Below, in pieces: positions 23,795-36,629 of a stretch of DNA of 64,000 bases. Position 1 is the first letter of the stretch. Each line of letters opens with the position of its first letter. The stretch lies in the NCBI RefSeq assembly GCF_006345805.1, contig NC_043011.1:14272464-14336463 (forward strand), given 5' to 3'. The DNA is from Octopus sinensis (Eukaryota). The notes below the pieces were generated by a model. That model was given only the letters and a program-made list of their open reading frames with translations, did no database searches and was not told the origin of the DNA. The translations under genes and the position numbers were made by a program.

Positions 23795-24020
23795 TGTGCA
23801 TGTGTTTGTGTGACTGTGTGGTTAGGAAGCTTGCTTCCCATCCACATGGTTTCAGGTTCAGTCCCACTGTGTGGCACCTTGAACAAGTGTCTTCTACTAT
23901 AGCCTTGGGCTGACCAAAGCCTTGCAACTGAATTTGGCAGGTGGAAGCTACCGTCATGTGTGTACATGTGTGTAAGTGCTTGTGCCTCCTAATAGAAGCA
24001 TGTGTGTGCATGGTGTGTTT
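23795..24020 (+). mobile_element. SINE family B, partial
   Basis: CCACATGGTTTCAGGTTCAGTCCCACTGTGTGGCACCTT... Confidence 0.75.
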
Positions 24021-25180
24021 GTTTGTGTCTGTGCCTATATGTATAAGAGAGTTGAAATATATCCATGTCAGGGTGAAGTAAATTTTTAGGTTCATAGATT
24101 TTGTCTTGTAGTAAGCTAAAAAATTCTTACCTTCTCCTGATTTATTATAATTCAGACCTCTTCATGGTCCCTTGTCTGTTCAGAGTTTAGATGATCCAGA
24201 ACAAAAAGAAATATTTACACCTTTTACTAAGAAATACTAGGTGAGCTGTGGTGCATGCAAGAGATTTGAAATAAGAACATCTACCTTCTCTTCGCTCGAC
24301 GAAGACCTCCCAGTGGTAATGCACCCTTCCATGCAACCCGACCTGAACACTAGAAATAGCAGCTGCTTTTCCCCTACCTTAACAATGAGCTCACACGTCT
24401 GACTCCCTCGACTACCTCAATTGAAAAAAGGCCCAATGCTGCCCTGCCTGCGCACGCGTCACTCCAGCCCCTTCCTCTTCCAGTCAGCCCCAAGTTCCCG
24501 TCAGCTCCCCAGCTCCCCAGCAGCTGACATCATCCCACATGATCTATCATGTCTAGTATGACATACACTTCACTTTCATTCACATTTCTCACACCTCTAT
24601 AATCTAAATCTGGGCCCCTACACCTAACTTTTAGTTCATATTCACTAAATTAGTCTCTTATTTCCTGGAAATACATTTTCAGAAACTCAAGAAGATTCAT
24701 GGTAATAACAATATTCAGATCTTTTGTTTACTGTTTCAAATGTGTTATTCCAAAGAAATACCAGGAATAGTATTTCCTGATTCCCTGTTTTCTTATTCAA
24801 TCTTTCTACCTTTTGCTCCAAATCTATCTATCCGGAACAAACAGATATTAGAACCCAGTTTATGTTTGATTTTCTTCAAATTCTTTCACAGCATGGCCAC
24901 AGCTCGTGAGCTGAAACTAGATAAAATGATAAGTGAAAATGATAGATCTTGAGTAACATCAAAATGTGATGACTATTTTGTATCAGATATGTTCTTGGCT
25001 CCATCTTTCACTAAAAATGATACTTGAATATTCTATTGAAATGTAGAAACAGGGATAAAAAAGACACATACGCTGAAGAAAGTCAAAGAATTCTATAATC
25101 TATATTCTCTGTTGCATTTACTCCCACAGTATCCAGGCTCTGCTGCAGAGGAGACATAAGTGGCAATCTTACTCAGTTGT

Positions 25181-25468
25181 GGAGGCACATGGCCTAGTGG
25201 TTAGACTCGCAGTCGAGGGATCGTGGGTTCGAATCTCAGACCGGGCGATGTGTGTTTATGAGCGAAACACCTAAGCTCCATGCGGCTCCAGCAGAAGGTA
25301 ATGGTGAAACTTCTGCTGACTCTTTTACCACAACTTTCTCTCACTCTTTCCTCCTGCATCTTGCAGCTCACCTGCAACGGACCGGTTCCCGTCCAGGTGG
25401 GGAATCTATATGCCAAGAAACCAGGAAACCGGCCCTTATGAGCCAGGCATGGCTCAAGAAGGAACAAC
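25181..25468 (+). mobile_element. tRNA-derived SINE family E
   Basis: GGAGGCACATGGCCTAGTGGTTAG, GGTTCGAATCTC; second copy at 46882-47184 on minus. Confidence 0.82.
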
Positions 25469-27405
25469 CAAAAATATTTTATTCAGTTGATGGATCACAA
25501 ACTGAAATCCAGTATAGCATCCTAGCATATTTGAAGCATCATCACAGCAGTTTGATAGAATTTTGTTTGCATTATGGGAATTCCCAACAGTTTCAAGTAG
25601 ATATTTTACTCCATGAGAAAAGATGAGGTTGAACTTAATGAAACACTCCACAGCCTCACGTTCAACAATAAAAGTCATATGATCAGTGTGTAAGATGTTT
25701 GAGATAGAATTGATATTTATCAAATTTATACTCTTTTATTTCATCAAGAATAACACAAAGAATATTTTGTCACATAAATTCAAGAAATTCCTCATGACTA
25801 TTTGCCAATAGGAATGATCAGTTCCATTTTCCAAGATTCCAATACCAAAAAAAAAGAATTTGAAATTTACTCAAAAGTTTAAAATAACTAAACAGCTTCT
25901 ATTTTCTGCCAACCCAATACTTTTGATTATCTCCAGTGTTCTCCAAGAAATAGCAAACCATTGAATACAAGAAAGCAAATTATAGAAGTCACAAGTGTCA
26001 ACACTTTATGCCAGTATTCCTACTTTGATTGATAATGTTTGAGTTATAAAGAAACTTTACTTTCAGCTTCTTTATTCCAAATCAATATGGTATTTCATAA
26101 TTTACAATAGTAATATTACTTTGTTTTCATTCATTGTATCCTGAGATAGCAAAAGTAGATTGTATCTTAGGACAATAAGTAACATACAAAACTGTACAAA
26201 CAACCTTTGGATGGTGACTAGAGAAACCATTTCCATTGTATATATTCACCATTCTGCATTCACCATTCACATTTGAACACATTCTTCAATAAATACCATA
26301 TTGGACTTTTCTCTTCTCCATTTGTGTGACTTTGAAAGATTTCTATCATGATTCTGATGTGATGACAGCACACTGCAACTTCAGTAATCCACTCTATTAA
26401 TATTCTTAAAATACTATTTTTTTTATGGCCAGGTTCTAATCCAGGCCACAACAACAAAGTCCGCTCACCACACTTATCGGTCCATTATCACTACTTCAAG
26501 GTCCTGGATCCATTCCAGTAAAAGCAATCAAGTTGTTGTGAGTCTGATGACATTTTCCTCTTCTTACATCACCATGAAGTGGGTACCACAAAACTAATTT
26601 GGATGCTTCTAGTTCAGAGTGGAGAGAAAACTTCCATCGACCAAATCCCCGGTTGCTGGATAGGGAAAAGACCTTCAGCTATGAAGGTTAGCTGTGCATA
26701 TAAAAATAAACAGTCCCAGACCAAACTTACCTAGAGGAGTAAACCTAAATGATAAAAAATCCCAACCTTGAATAGTGGGAGGCTGATGTGTGGTGGATGC
26801 AAGCTTCAACATACTGATTCATTGGGTCCACACAATTTCTGTTTCACCAAAGGAGATCCTGTCTCAACTAATGAGGAAATGTAATCTCCAGGCGGAGTAT
26901 GTGACCCTGTCAGTATTAAGCAATTGAAAGGCCAAAATGACAAGTTCTTAACACTCCATAGCCCCAGATCTGTGTCTTGGAAGGTAAACTCCTTTATTGT
27001 TGCAGATTTGGGTATTTTTTCTCATGGGAAAATTCCCAGCACTAGTAATGATACCAATGGTAAGTCTGCCAAAACTGAATGGTTTGATGCAGGAATGGAT
27101 GTAGATGATGAATGAACAATACTGTGGCTGATATTATATCTGGATTGAATAAGGATGTTGCCTTTGGAAGTTTGCCCATATTTTCCTTCTCAGCCACTCT
27201 TTTCCTCAGCTATGTTCCACCTAAAACAAAGGGTTATCCACTTGGACAAAAAGAAAAAAAATGTCTAATTTAAAACTCACAGCAACTTATATTGTCCGAC
27301 TTTTAAGCTCCTCATTCTAAAAATATGTATTTTTAATAACAACATATATTTAGAGTTTGGCATAGTATAGTATTTGTTTATTGACAGCAAACCACAGCAT
27401 ACATA

Positions 27406-28650
27406 TTAGATCGTCAAGTATGAAATTTGTAGTAAGGTATATGGTAAACTTTGACAACTGCTCATTTTGCACCATTATTATATTTTGACAATATTTTTGT
27501 CAGAAAGCTGATACATCTATTTCTTTATTCTAACTCATTTTGCACTTTACAAAGTATTTATAAATCGTTTTATGCTATTTTTGTTTAGAGATGGGTAAGT
27601 CGGAAATTCGTACAGTTTTGAAAAAAGAGTTTTTTCTTGGAAATACAGCATCACAGACAGCTTGAAATATTAATGGAGTATTTCATTCTAATGTTCTTAC
27701 ACAGTAGACAGGATCAAATTGGTTTGCAAAATTTTGTTCTAATAACTTTGACCTCACAAATGTGCAATGTGGTCGACCAGAAACAAAGGTGGATAATGAT
27801 GAACTGAAAGCCCCGTTAAGTCAGATCGATCTCAAAGTCCCCGTGAATTATTGTTGTTGTTTAGTGTTAGCAAGCAAACAATATTGACTCACCTGGTTCA
27901 AATCGGCAAAGTGAAAAAGTTGGATAAGTGGGTTCCACATGAACTCAATGAAAATCAGAAACAGCAACGTTTGGAAGCCAGCATAATGCTACTTTCTCGT
28001 CACAAAAATGAATCATTTTTTTAATCGAATTGTAACATGTGATGAGAAATGGATCCAATACAACAACCGTAAATGTTCAGCACAATAGTTGGACAAAGAC
28101 GAGCCACCAAAACACAGTTTAAAGAGCAAAATTCACCAAAAGAAGCTGATGGTGTGAATTTGGTGGTCTGGCACAGGTGTGATCCATTATGATTTCATTA
28201 AGCCTGGCTCATCAATCACAACCAAAGAATACTGCAGTCAACTGGACCAAATTGATGCAGAAACTTACCTCGCCCCTACAAAAAAACCAGCCTAGATTAG
28301 TCAACAGATCTACTCCTGTTTTATTGCAAGATAACGCCAGACCACTCATCGCAAAAATGACATTGGCAAAACTGCAGGAGTTGGAGTTGGAAGTTCTCCA
28401 TCATCCACCATACTCATCTGATCTTGTCTCCACTGACAACCACTTCTTCCTGAATTTGGATAACTTCCAAAATTTTATTGCATCTAGATTGCCAGGCTTT
28501 TACATTTCCAGGCTGAACAAGCTACCGCTTAAATGGTAAAAGTGTATTGACAATATGGGTGCATACTTTGTTGAATAAAACTATTCTTTACATTTATAAA
28601 ACATTAACAAACTTTTTTTTCTTTTCTACAAATTTCATACTTGATGATTA
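27406..28650 (+). mobile_element. Mariner transposon, near full length, decayed
   Basis: TA + TIR TTAGATCGTCAAGTATGAAATTTGTAG; right TIR CTACAAATTTCATACTTGATGAT at 28626; MGKSEIRTVL (27591), KWVPHEL, IVTCDEKW, LLQDNARP, HPPYSSDLVSTDNHFF. Confidence 0.9.
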
Positions 28651-28676
28651 GACTGAGTAACAAAATTTTTATTTTA

Positions 28677-28731
<55 letters not shown>

Positions 28732-29224
28732 TATTTTTTATTTTATTTTTTTTGGTGTTGTTTCCTATCTGCTTCTATTTAGAAATCAAAGGAAATAACT
28801 ACTATTCCCTTCAAACTTTGTTTTTGTGATCTGGATAGCAATGTTTTTTCAAACTGACCTATTTTCCATTACATTTTAGATAGATTCAGCACTGAATTGC
28901 TAATGCAGAAATATCATTATAGCAAATATTCTGCTCAATACCACAGATTTGCTTGACCATAACTAGTTGAGCATGTCTTTTAGTGGCTGGCAATATGTGC
29001 ATCTCTGATCATGAGCAGGATTAGTGGGGGGGGGGGGGGGTGCAACATAGCCATGAGTTGACAGGGATTCTATGGAATTTGAATAAATAGCATAGCAAAA
29101 GCAAGGTTTGAAGGAAGTGTTAGCCATTTTTCATACTTTGTAAGGGTTAAGCAAATAGGAAATAACAGTTGCTATCCAAGGACACAAATCGTGTTACACA
29201 GTGTTAGCACTGGGTCTCCAACTC

Positions 29225-29620
29225 CTTCATCATCATCATTGTTCGACCGTGGTCGAAACAATGGAATTTACTATGCTACGCCAGACTTCACGGTCCATCA
29301 TAGCATTACGGAGGTCCTGTTGCTGGATGCCTGTATCCCTGGAGATTACATCAGGGTAGGAGAGTGAGCGCCCTCTGGTATTGTGAGTAGATGGCTTCCA
29401 GAGGAGAAGAGCAGAAATTGCCTCGTTTTCAGCTCTACAACAATGTCCAGCAAACTGGACTCTCCTAACTTTCACAAGAGATGACACAGGTGGTAGTTTC
29501 CCATATATTTGCATTTTGGTTGGAGACGCTTCCACGAGAGATTTTGAGCTCTCATAAGGAGGTGAGTGTAGGTTCTAACTCCTTGGCCTCCACCCACTCT
29601 GAGTAACTGCCCAATATGGC
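29225..29620 (-). pseudogene. RTE-clade LINE 3' end
   Basis: YGKLPPVSSLVKVRRVQFAGHCCRAENE...AMMDREVWRSIV; (GAT)n tail. Confidence 0.82.
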
Positions 29621-30194
29621 CATGCTTTACACTCACCACAATACATCATACTTCACTCTTAAATGCTACAGTCATTACAGCTGATGTCTCCCTGTCAGCT
29701 GGATAATAAACTCCCGCATACATTTCATCATACAGCTTTAACTTTTGTATAAATCTCTCTTTTTGTTATCTATAAAAAAATACTTCCCACTCCTTTGAAA
29801 CTGGTTTTATTCTACTTGTATTATAACATTACTCATAACAGAACTGCAGACAGCTTTCAGAATAGATAAGATTGAATTCTTCCCCAATTTTTCTCTTTTT
29901 TTTTTCTTTTTATTTTCAGTTGCAAGGATTCTGATAATATTTTCTTTTTCTTCCCCTTTTTTCTTTTTTTTTTTTTTTCCAGTTTTCTTCACCAAATATT
30001 TTATTTTATAAAATATATATAAAAATAAGTTATTTTGTTTTCTTCAGCTTGCTATTTTCTTTCGCCTCCTCTTTCTTCCACTGCTAAGGAAGTTGTTTAG
30101 CTTTGTCCATTGACAATAGATTCAATGAATCAAATCTGTGGGCATCAATAAAGTCTCACCTCAGCCATTCACCGAGTCAGTAATTTTGTGGAGC

Positions 30195-30263
<69 letters not shown>

Positions 30264-30419
30264 GGGGGAGCTAAATTTTCTATTTACCACAGGAATTTTG
30301 GCTGAAGTAGGAAAAGACTCCACCCCTGCCCCAACTCAGACAATTCTGAAAGGATAAGGGTGAGAAGAAAAGACGAGGGAAACAGCATTAAATGAAGCAA
30401 AAAATTACATAAATGCACT

Positions 30420-30582
30420 ATGTGCACACACATACACACATATACATATGCATATACATACATACATACATACATACATACATACATACATACATGCTTA
30501 CAATCATACATACATATGTATATACACACACAGACACACACATGCATACATGCATACATACATACATACATACATACATACA

Positions 30583-30618
<36 letters not shown>

Positions 30619-31255
30619 TATATCTACACAGAGAGACACACACATGCATACATGCACACACACACATACATACATACATAATACATACATACATACACAT
30701 ACATACATATACATACATACATACACATACATACATACATGCTTACAATCATACATACATACATACATACATACATACATACATACATACACACACACAC
30801 AGACACACACATGCATACATGCACACACACACATACATACATACATACATACATACATACATACATACACACACACAGACACACACATGCATACATGCAC
30901 ACACACACACATACATACATACATACATACATACACACACACAGACACACACATGCATACATGCACACACACATACATACATACATACATACATACATAC
31001 ATACATACATACATACATACATACATACATACACACACACAGACACACACATGCATACATGCACACACACATACATACATACATACATACATACATACAT
31101 ACATACATACACACACACAGACACACACATGCATACATGCACACACACATACATACATACATACATACATACATACATACATACATACATACATACACAC
31201 ACACAGACACACACATGCATACATGCACACACACATACATACATACATACATATT
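30420..31255. repeat. Compound (ATAC)n/(AC)n microsatellite with higher-order unit
   Basis: ACAGACACACACATGCATACATGCACACAC block recurs about 7 times between (ATAC)n tracts. Confidence 0.93.
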
Positions 31256-31599
31256 TAATCTTAGATAACATGTATTTAGTCACATTTAAAACTGAATTTA
31301 AGAAAAATTATTTAACAAAAATGAAAGAAAAAATGAAAATTGATTAGGAAAGTAGAAAGAGCAAAACAAAAAGTTGGAGAGAGGTTGCTAGATGAAGTTG
31401 GAGGAGGGCATAGTGTGGTGGGAAGTGAAGGGAGGGTTGGGTGGAAAATGGTAAGGACAGCTGAATAAGTAACAGAAATAGAGATAAGGGCTATGAAATA
31501 GCCCTGGTACAACATAATAACAGGGACGGAAAAAACTAGAGAGACAGGCAGAGGGAGGTGAGGAAATTGTTGGTTCTATGGGAGTATGTGTGCATAGAC

Positions 31600-31634
31600 C
31601 CTGATATTGTTATTATTATTATTATTATTATTAA

Positions 31635-31665
<31 letters not shown>

Positions 31666-32024
31666 GTTATTATTATTATTATTGTTATTATTGTTATTAT
31701 TGTTATTATTATTATTATTATTTATTATTATTATTATTGTTATTATTATTATTATTATTATTATTGTTATTATTATTATTATTATTATTATTAATCATTA
31801 TTATTGTTATTATTGTTATTATTATTATTATTATTATTATATTATTATTATTATTATTATTATTATTTTTATTATATTATTATTATTATTATTATTATTG
31901 TTATTGTTATTATTATTATTATTATTATTATTGTTATTGTTATTATTATTATTATTATTATTATTGTTATTATTATTATTATTGTTATTATTATTATTAT
32001 AGTATTATTGTTATTATTATTATA

Positions 32025-32055
<31 letters not shown>

Positions 32056-32080
32056 CATTATTATTATTGTTATATTATTA

Positions 32081-32120
<40 letters not shown>

Positions 32121-32164
32121 GTTATTATTATTATTATTATTATTGTTATTTATTATTATTATTC

Positions 32165-32197
<33 letters not shown>

Positions 32198-32264
32198 CAT
32201 TATTATTATGTTATTATTATTATGTTATTATTATTATTTATTATTATTGTTATTATTGTTATTA

Positions 32265-32302
<38 letters not shown>

Positions 32303-32315
32303 GTTGTTGTTGTTG

Positions 32316-32355
<40 letters not shown>
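31600..32355. repeat. (TTA)n/(TTG)n microsatellite, ~750 bp
   Basis: Direct inspection. Confidence 0.95.
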
Positions 32356-32358
<3 letters not shown>

Positions 32359-32585
32359 CAATCCAGGAATCAAGACCTTAATCTTATAATCATGAGTACA
32401 ACACCCTAACCACTAAGCTACACGCACACACACACACACATAAACATACATATACAAACATGCAAATGCACACACGCACACACACTCACACACATACACA
32501 TATACACATATACACACACACAAATGCTCACATGCATGCACACACATACAGACACAAATACATACATTCATACATACGTACATAC

Positions 32586-32620
<35 letters not shown>

Positions 32621-32687
32621 GGTCCCGGGTTGATTCGGGGTTAACCACAGTAAATAAGGTACTCAATACATAGCAGAGTAAAATTAA

Positions 32688-32830
32688 TTTATTATATAGA
32701 AGGAGCTTCTACAGGACTAGAACTGTTTCATTCAAGAGAAATCTTCAGGAAGCTCTTCAGGAATGCTTCCTGAAGATTTCTCTTGAATGAAACAGTTCTA
32801 GTCCTGTAGAAGCTCCTTCTATATAATAAA
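32688..32830. repeat. Perfect 66-bp inverted repeat, 11-nt spacer
   Basis: 32688-32753 is the exact reverse complement of 32765-32830; spacer TCTTCAGGAAT. Confidence 0.95.
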
Positions 32831-32847
32831 TATATATATATATAATA

Positions 32848-32886
<39 letters not shown>

Positions 32887-32995
32887 CCTGTGCCAGTGGA
32901 GCGCTAAGAGCACCATCCTAGCATGATCACTGCCAGAGCAGCTGACTGGCTTCCGTGCTGGTGGCACGTAAAAAGCACCATTCAAACAGGATTGT

Positions 32996-33200
32996 TACCA
33001 TCATCATCCTTTAATGTCCGCTTTCCATGCTAGCATGGGTTGGACGATTTGACTGAGGACTGGCAAACCAGATGGCTGCACCAGGCTCCAATCTGATCTG
33101 GCAGAGTTACTACAGCTGGATGCCCTTCCTAATGGCAACCACTCTGAGACTGTAGTGGGTGGTTTGACGTGCCACCGGCATGTGGGCCAGTCAGGCGGTA
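32996..33200 (-). mobile_element. RTE-type 3' end (family G)
   Basis: Matches 20426-20632. Confidence 0.75.
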
Positions 33201-33208
33201 GGTAGGAT

Positions 33209-33251
<43 letters not shown>

Positions 33252-33254
<3 letters not shown>

Positions 33255-33465
33255 TCTTTTACTCTTTTACTTGTTTCAGTCATTTGACTGCAGCCATGCT
33301 GGAGCACCGCCTTTAGTCGATCAAATCGATGCCAGGACTTATTCTTTGTAAGCCCAGTACTTATTCTATCAGTCTCTTTTGCCAAACCGCTAAGTGATGG
33401 GGACATAAACACACCAACATCGGTTGTCAAGCAATGCTAGGGGGACAAACACAGACACACAAACC

Positions 33466-33503
<38 letters not shown>

Positions 33504-33617
33504 ATATATATATACATATATACGACAGGCATCTTTCAGTTTCCGTCTACCAAATCCACTCACAAGGCATTGGTCAGCCCGGGGCTATAGCAGAAGACAC
33601 TTGCCCAAGATGCCACG
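33252..33617 (-). mobile_element. SINE family B, 5'-truncated
   Basis: Matches family B body and tail. Confidence 0.85.
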
Positions 33618-34239
33618 CATATGTGTATATACTATCATTCCCATAAAAGTTTTTGCAGCTTTGAATATACACTTCCCCAAATCTTCAACCAGTACACAAT
33701 TAGATTTGCATTTTGCACTAGCAGAAACTTGGCCTGAATTATTGCAGTGCATAAAATCTGTGGTGTTAGTAGTGTTGTGGGCTGTGATGGTGCTATGTGG
33801 TGTTGGTGGAGGGGATTGCAGATGAGGTGGATGGAAGTAAGGCTTGCAGGGGCCGGCGAAAGAGTGACAGGGAGCATGCGTGGTCAGCAAGCACATGTGG
33901 TCAGGAAGCACGTGTGGTCAGTTCCAGAAAAGAGGGCTGAGCGACAAGACGATTTGAATTCGTGAAAGTGACCGCTGATTTCGCCGAGGTAAGGCCTTTT
34001 GTATTTCTTTCTCCCGTTGCTTCTTTTTCTGTTGTCTTTTTCCTCCATCACACTACAAAAACTGAAGTACAATAGATAATAGAAATAATAATCATAGTGA
34101 TAAATACCAAGAACATCAAGTGGAATGGTTAAATAGTCAATTTGAGGGGATTTTGAAGACAGTACTTGTTGACAACGCAAGGGAAATATAGAGAATACTG
34201 GAGTTGAGCAGGGGAAGGGAGGTAACCGATACATTATTT

Positions 34240-34800
34240 AACTTAAGTTAGCCACAAGTAATAAACTCTGGACAGAAAAACACACAGACTCAGAAGTATA
34301 GCCGGAATGTAAACAACAGAAGATCTTTGAAAGAAGTTCTAAAGAAAATATAGAAGATAGAAATATGGAGGAGGTATCCAATTCTGATCCCATTAGAGCA
34401 GGTAGAGCAAGTATCACTATAAATCTTTGTAGCTGTCGCAAGAAAATCTGCCCTCTCAATGCACAATGTTTGATGAAAAATATAGTGTACAGGTGTAGGG
34501 TAATGTCAGATAGGATTTCATTCTGTTATGTAAGAGCATGCTCAACTACCTTCAAGATGAGATTAGCAAATCACCTAGCTTCCTTCAAGGATAGAAAGAA
34601 AATGTATTGTACAAGCTTAAGTGAGTCTATTTGGTCCCTAAAGGAAAGAAACACTGACTTTGATATAAAATGGGAAATTATAGGTATAACTGGGAGTAAG
34701 AAATGCAGTTTATGCTTGGGAGACATATTTCATATTTTCATGCCTAGATACCAATTATTAAATAGCAAAAGGAATTGGTTCTAAAATGTGCACATCTTCA
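34240..34800 (+). mobile_element. Penelope-like element remnant (GIY-YIG-like endonuclease)
   Basis: CSCRKKICPLNAQCLMKNIVYRCRV...YVRACSTTFKMRLANHLASFK...TSLSESIWSLKERNTDFDIKWEI...CSLC; homologous to 1900-2450. Confidence 0.78.
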
Positions 34801-34913
34801 CAGGAAAACATTCAAATATTTCCCAGGAAAAAAATTTTAATTAAGTAATTATCATATTCATTAGAGGTACTAGAGTTTACATGGTAAATATTAGTGCAGT
34901 ATCTAGTTTGCCT

Positions 34914-35256
34914 GTGAAGGCGCATGGCTGAGTGGTCAGAGCATCAAGCTTACGATCGTGAGGTTGTGAGCTCGAATCCCGGACCGGGCTGCATGTTGTG
35001 TTCTTGAGCAAGACACTTTATTTCACGTTGCTCCAGCTCACTCAGCTGTAGAAATGAGTTGCGATGTCACGGGTGCCAAGCTGTATCGGCTGCTGCTTTT
35101 CCCTTGGATAACACTGGTGGCATGGAGAGGGAAGGCCAGTGTGCATGGGCGACTGCTGGTCTTCCATAAACCACCTTGCCTAGACTTGTGACTAGGGGGT
35201 TAACTTTCTAGGTGCAATCCCATGGTCAGTGTCATGACCAAAGGGGGTCCCATATA
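34914..35256 (+). mobile_element. SINE family D inserted in PLE 3' region
   Basis: 14-bp TSD TATCTAGTTTGCCT at 34900-34913 and 35257-35270; A/B boxes; CORE-like TTGAGCAAGACACTT. Confidence 0.88.
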
Positions 35257-35503
35257 TATCTAGTTTGCCTATATCCTAGTAGCAATTCTCCAACTAATTA
35301 GTTTTCTTTCTAAGTAACACTTCATATATGAAATAATTTATTCTGTATTTAGAAGGACATTATCTACTTGTAAATTTAGGGTTGATTTGTATAGTTAAAA
35401 CTTCAGATTTCACTTTAGGTGGAAGTATTCTAACATATTTGTGTACCATGGTCTCACAAATAAATTCTGCATATCTTATATTTCTAAATTATATTTGACT
35501 TAG

Positions 35504-35735
35504 GGCGGCGAGCTGGCAGAAACGTAACCACGCTGGGCGAAATGCTTTTGCGGTATTTCGTCTGCTGCTACGTTCTGAGTTCAAATTCCGACGTGGTCGA
35601 CTTTGCCTTTCATCCTTTCGGGGTCGATAAATTAAGTACCAGTTATGCACTGGGGTCGATGTAATCGACTTAATCCCTTTGTCTGTCCTTGTTTGTCCCC
35701 TCTGTGTTTAGCCCTTTGTGGGTAGTAAAGAAATA
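35504..35735 (+). mobile_element. tRNA-derived SINE family A, full length
   Basis: GGCGGCGAGCTGGCAGAA...GAGTTCAAATTCC; 14-bp TSD TATATTTGACTTAG at 35490-35503 and 35736-35749. Confidence 0.9.
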
Positions 35736-36420
35736 TATATTTGACTTAGTGACCCCTTAATTGTATACATCAATCACTGAAATTTATTCCTTTTTACTTC
35801 GCTTAAGTCTAGTGGATGAAATATACTCTGACCTAGCTTCGGATCAAGCATTCATAATTTGAATTTCAAACTTTAGTGTCATCTTCAGGTTATTCTGATA
35901 ACTGGTTTTGTAACTATTTCCAAATATTCCTCCCTCTCGTTCTTTTCACTCAAAATCCATCATCCCCTACCAAATCTAATATTATCTAAACTGTCATATT
36001 TCAGTTTAGTTAAAACTATAATAGTGGCAACACCTTGGAAAATGCTGCATGGACTCTTAACCAGATGAACAAACTGGATGCAAATGTAAACCACATTGTG
36101 AGATTTCCCTGCAACAGAAATGTATGCCTGACAGATTTAAACTAAATATACTGCATAATCAAATATAATAATAAAAACTGTGTACATGTATAATTCTCTA
36201 AAATTATTTGAATTGCCTTATATATATATATATATATTATATATATATATATAAAACTATCGCATTGAATTATTTATGCAGTATTTATTTCCAGTAATTT
36301 GGCGTGCCTAAACGAGGACTTTTGAAAATAACGGCAAATATAATAGGTGGAACTACATGCATTTTTGACCTCATGTTGATATCTGGCGTGAAGTTCTACA
36401 AATTATATCTTGCAAAGAGG

Positions 36421-36497
36421 ATCACACTGACGATCTACAGATAAATTGTGTAAGTAAAATTACATAATTTATTGATAGTGAAACATTTCTTTGTGAT
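36421..36497 (+). ncRNA. Type I hammerhead ribozyme candidate (weak stem III)
   Basis: AUCACA-CUGACGA-long stem II-GAAA-CAUUUCUU/UGUGAU. Confidence 0.45.
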
Positions 36498-36629
36498 TAA
36501 TCTATATTTTTGTTATTTTTTTATTTGTTTTGCTCGCTGACGTTTCTGGTGTGCTAAATTTTCTGGAGAACAATTCTTAGTGGTTGAGACCATAGCAGAT
36601 CCTCTTCTAGCATTTTATATATATATATA

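Noticed and set aside
24156-24240. Plus-strand exon candidate (CAG|...PLHGPLSVQSLDDPEQKEIFTPFTKKY*|GTGAG)
   Set aside because: All three frames contain a stop, no partner exons or homology, and conflicting minus-strand signals overlap it
25454-25723. Minus-strand ORF with TFIVER..AV resembling a GPCR TM3/DRY region
   Set aside because: No flanking transmembrane segments; the ORF runs into a SINE; resemblance is probably chance
26731-27220. Selenoprotein or mitochondrial-code reading of in-frame TGAs
   Set aside because: No SECIS or homology evidence and no resemblance to mitochondrial genes
30360-30425. Peptide RETALNEAKNYINALCA resembling bHLH helix 2
   Set aside because: Two stops immediately upstream, no basic region or helix 1, and it runs into a microsatellite
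30284-32409. Many 100-280-aa ORFs (MYVC, HTYI, poly-L/I/Y); likewise at 1311, 3322, 18700-19218, 37505, 57748
   Set aside because: Translations of microsatellites
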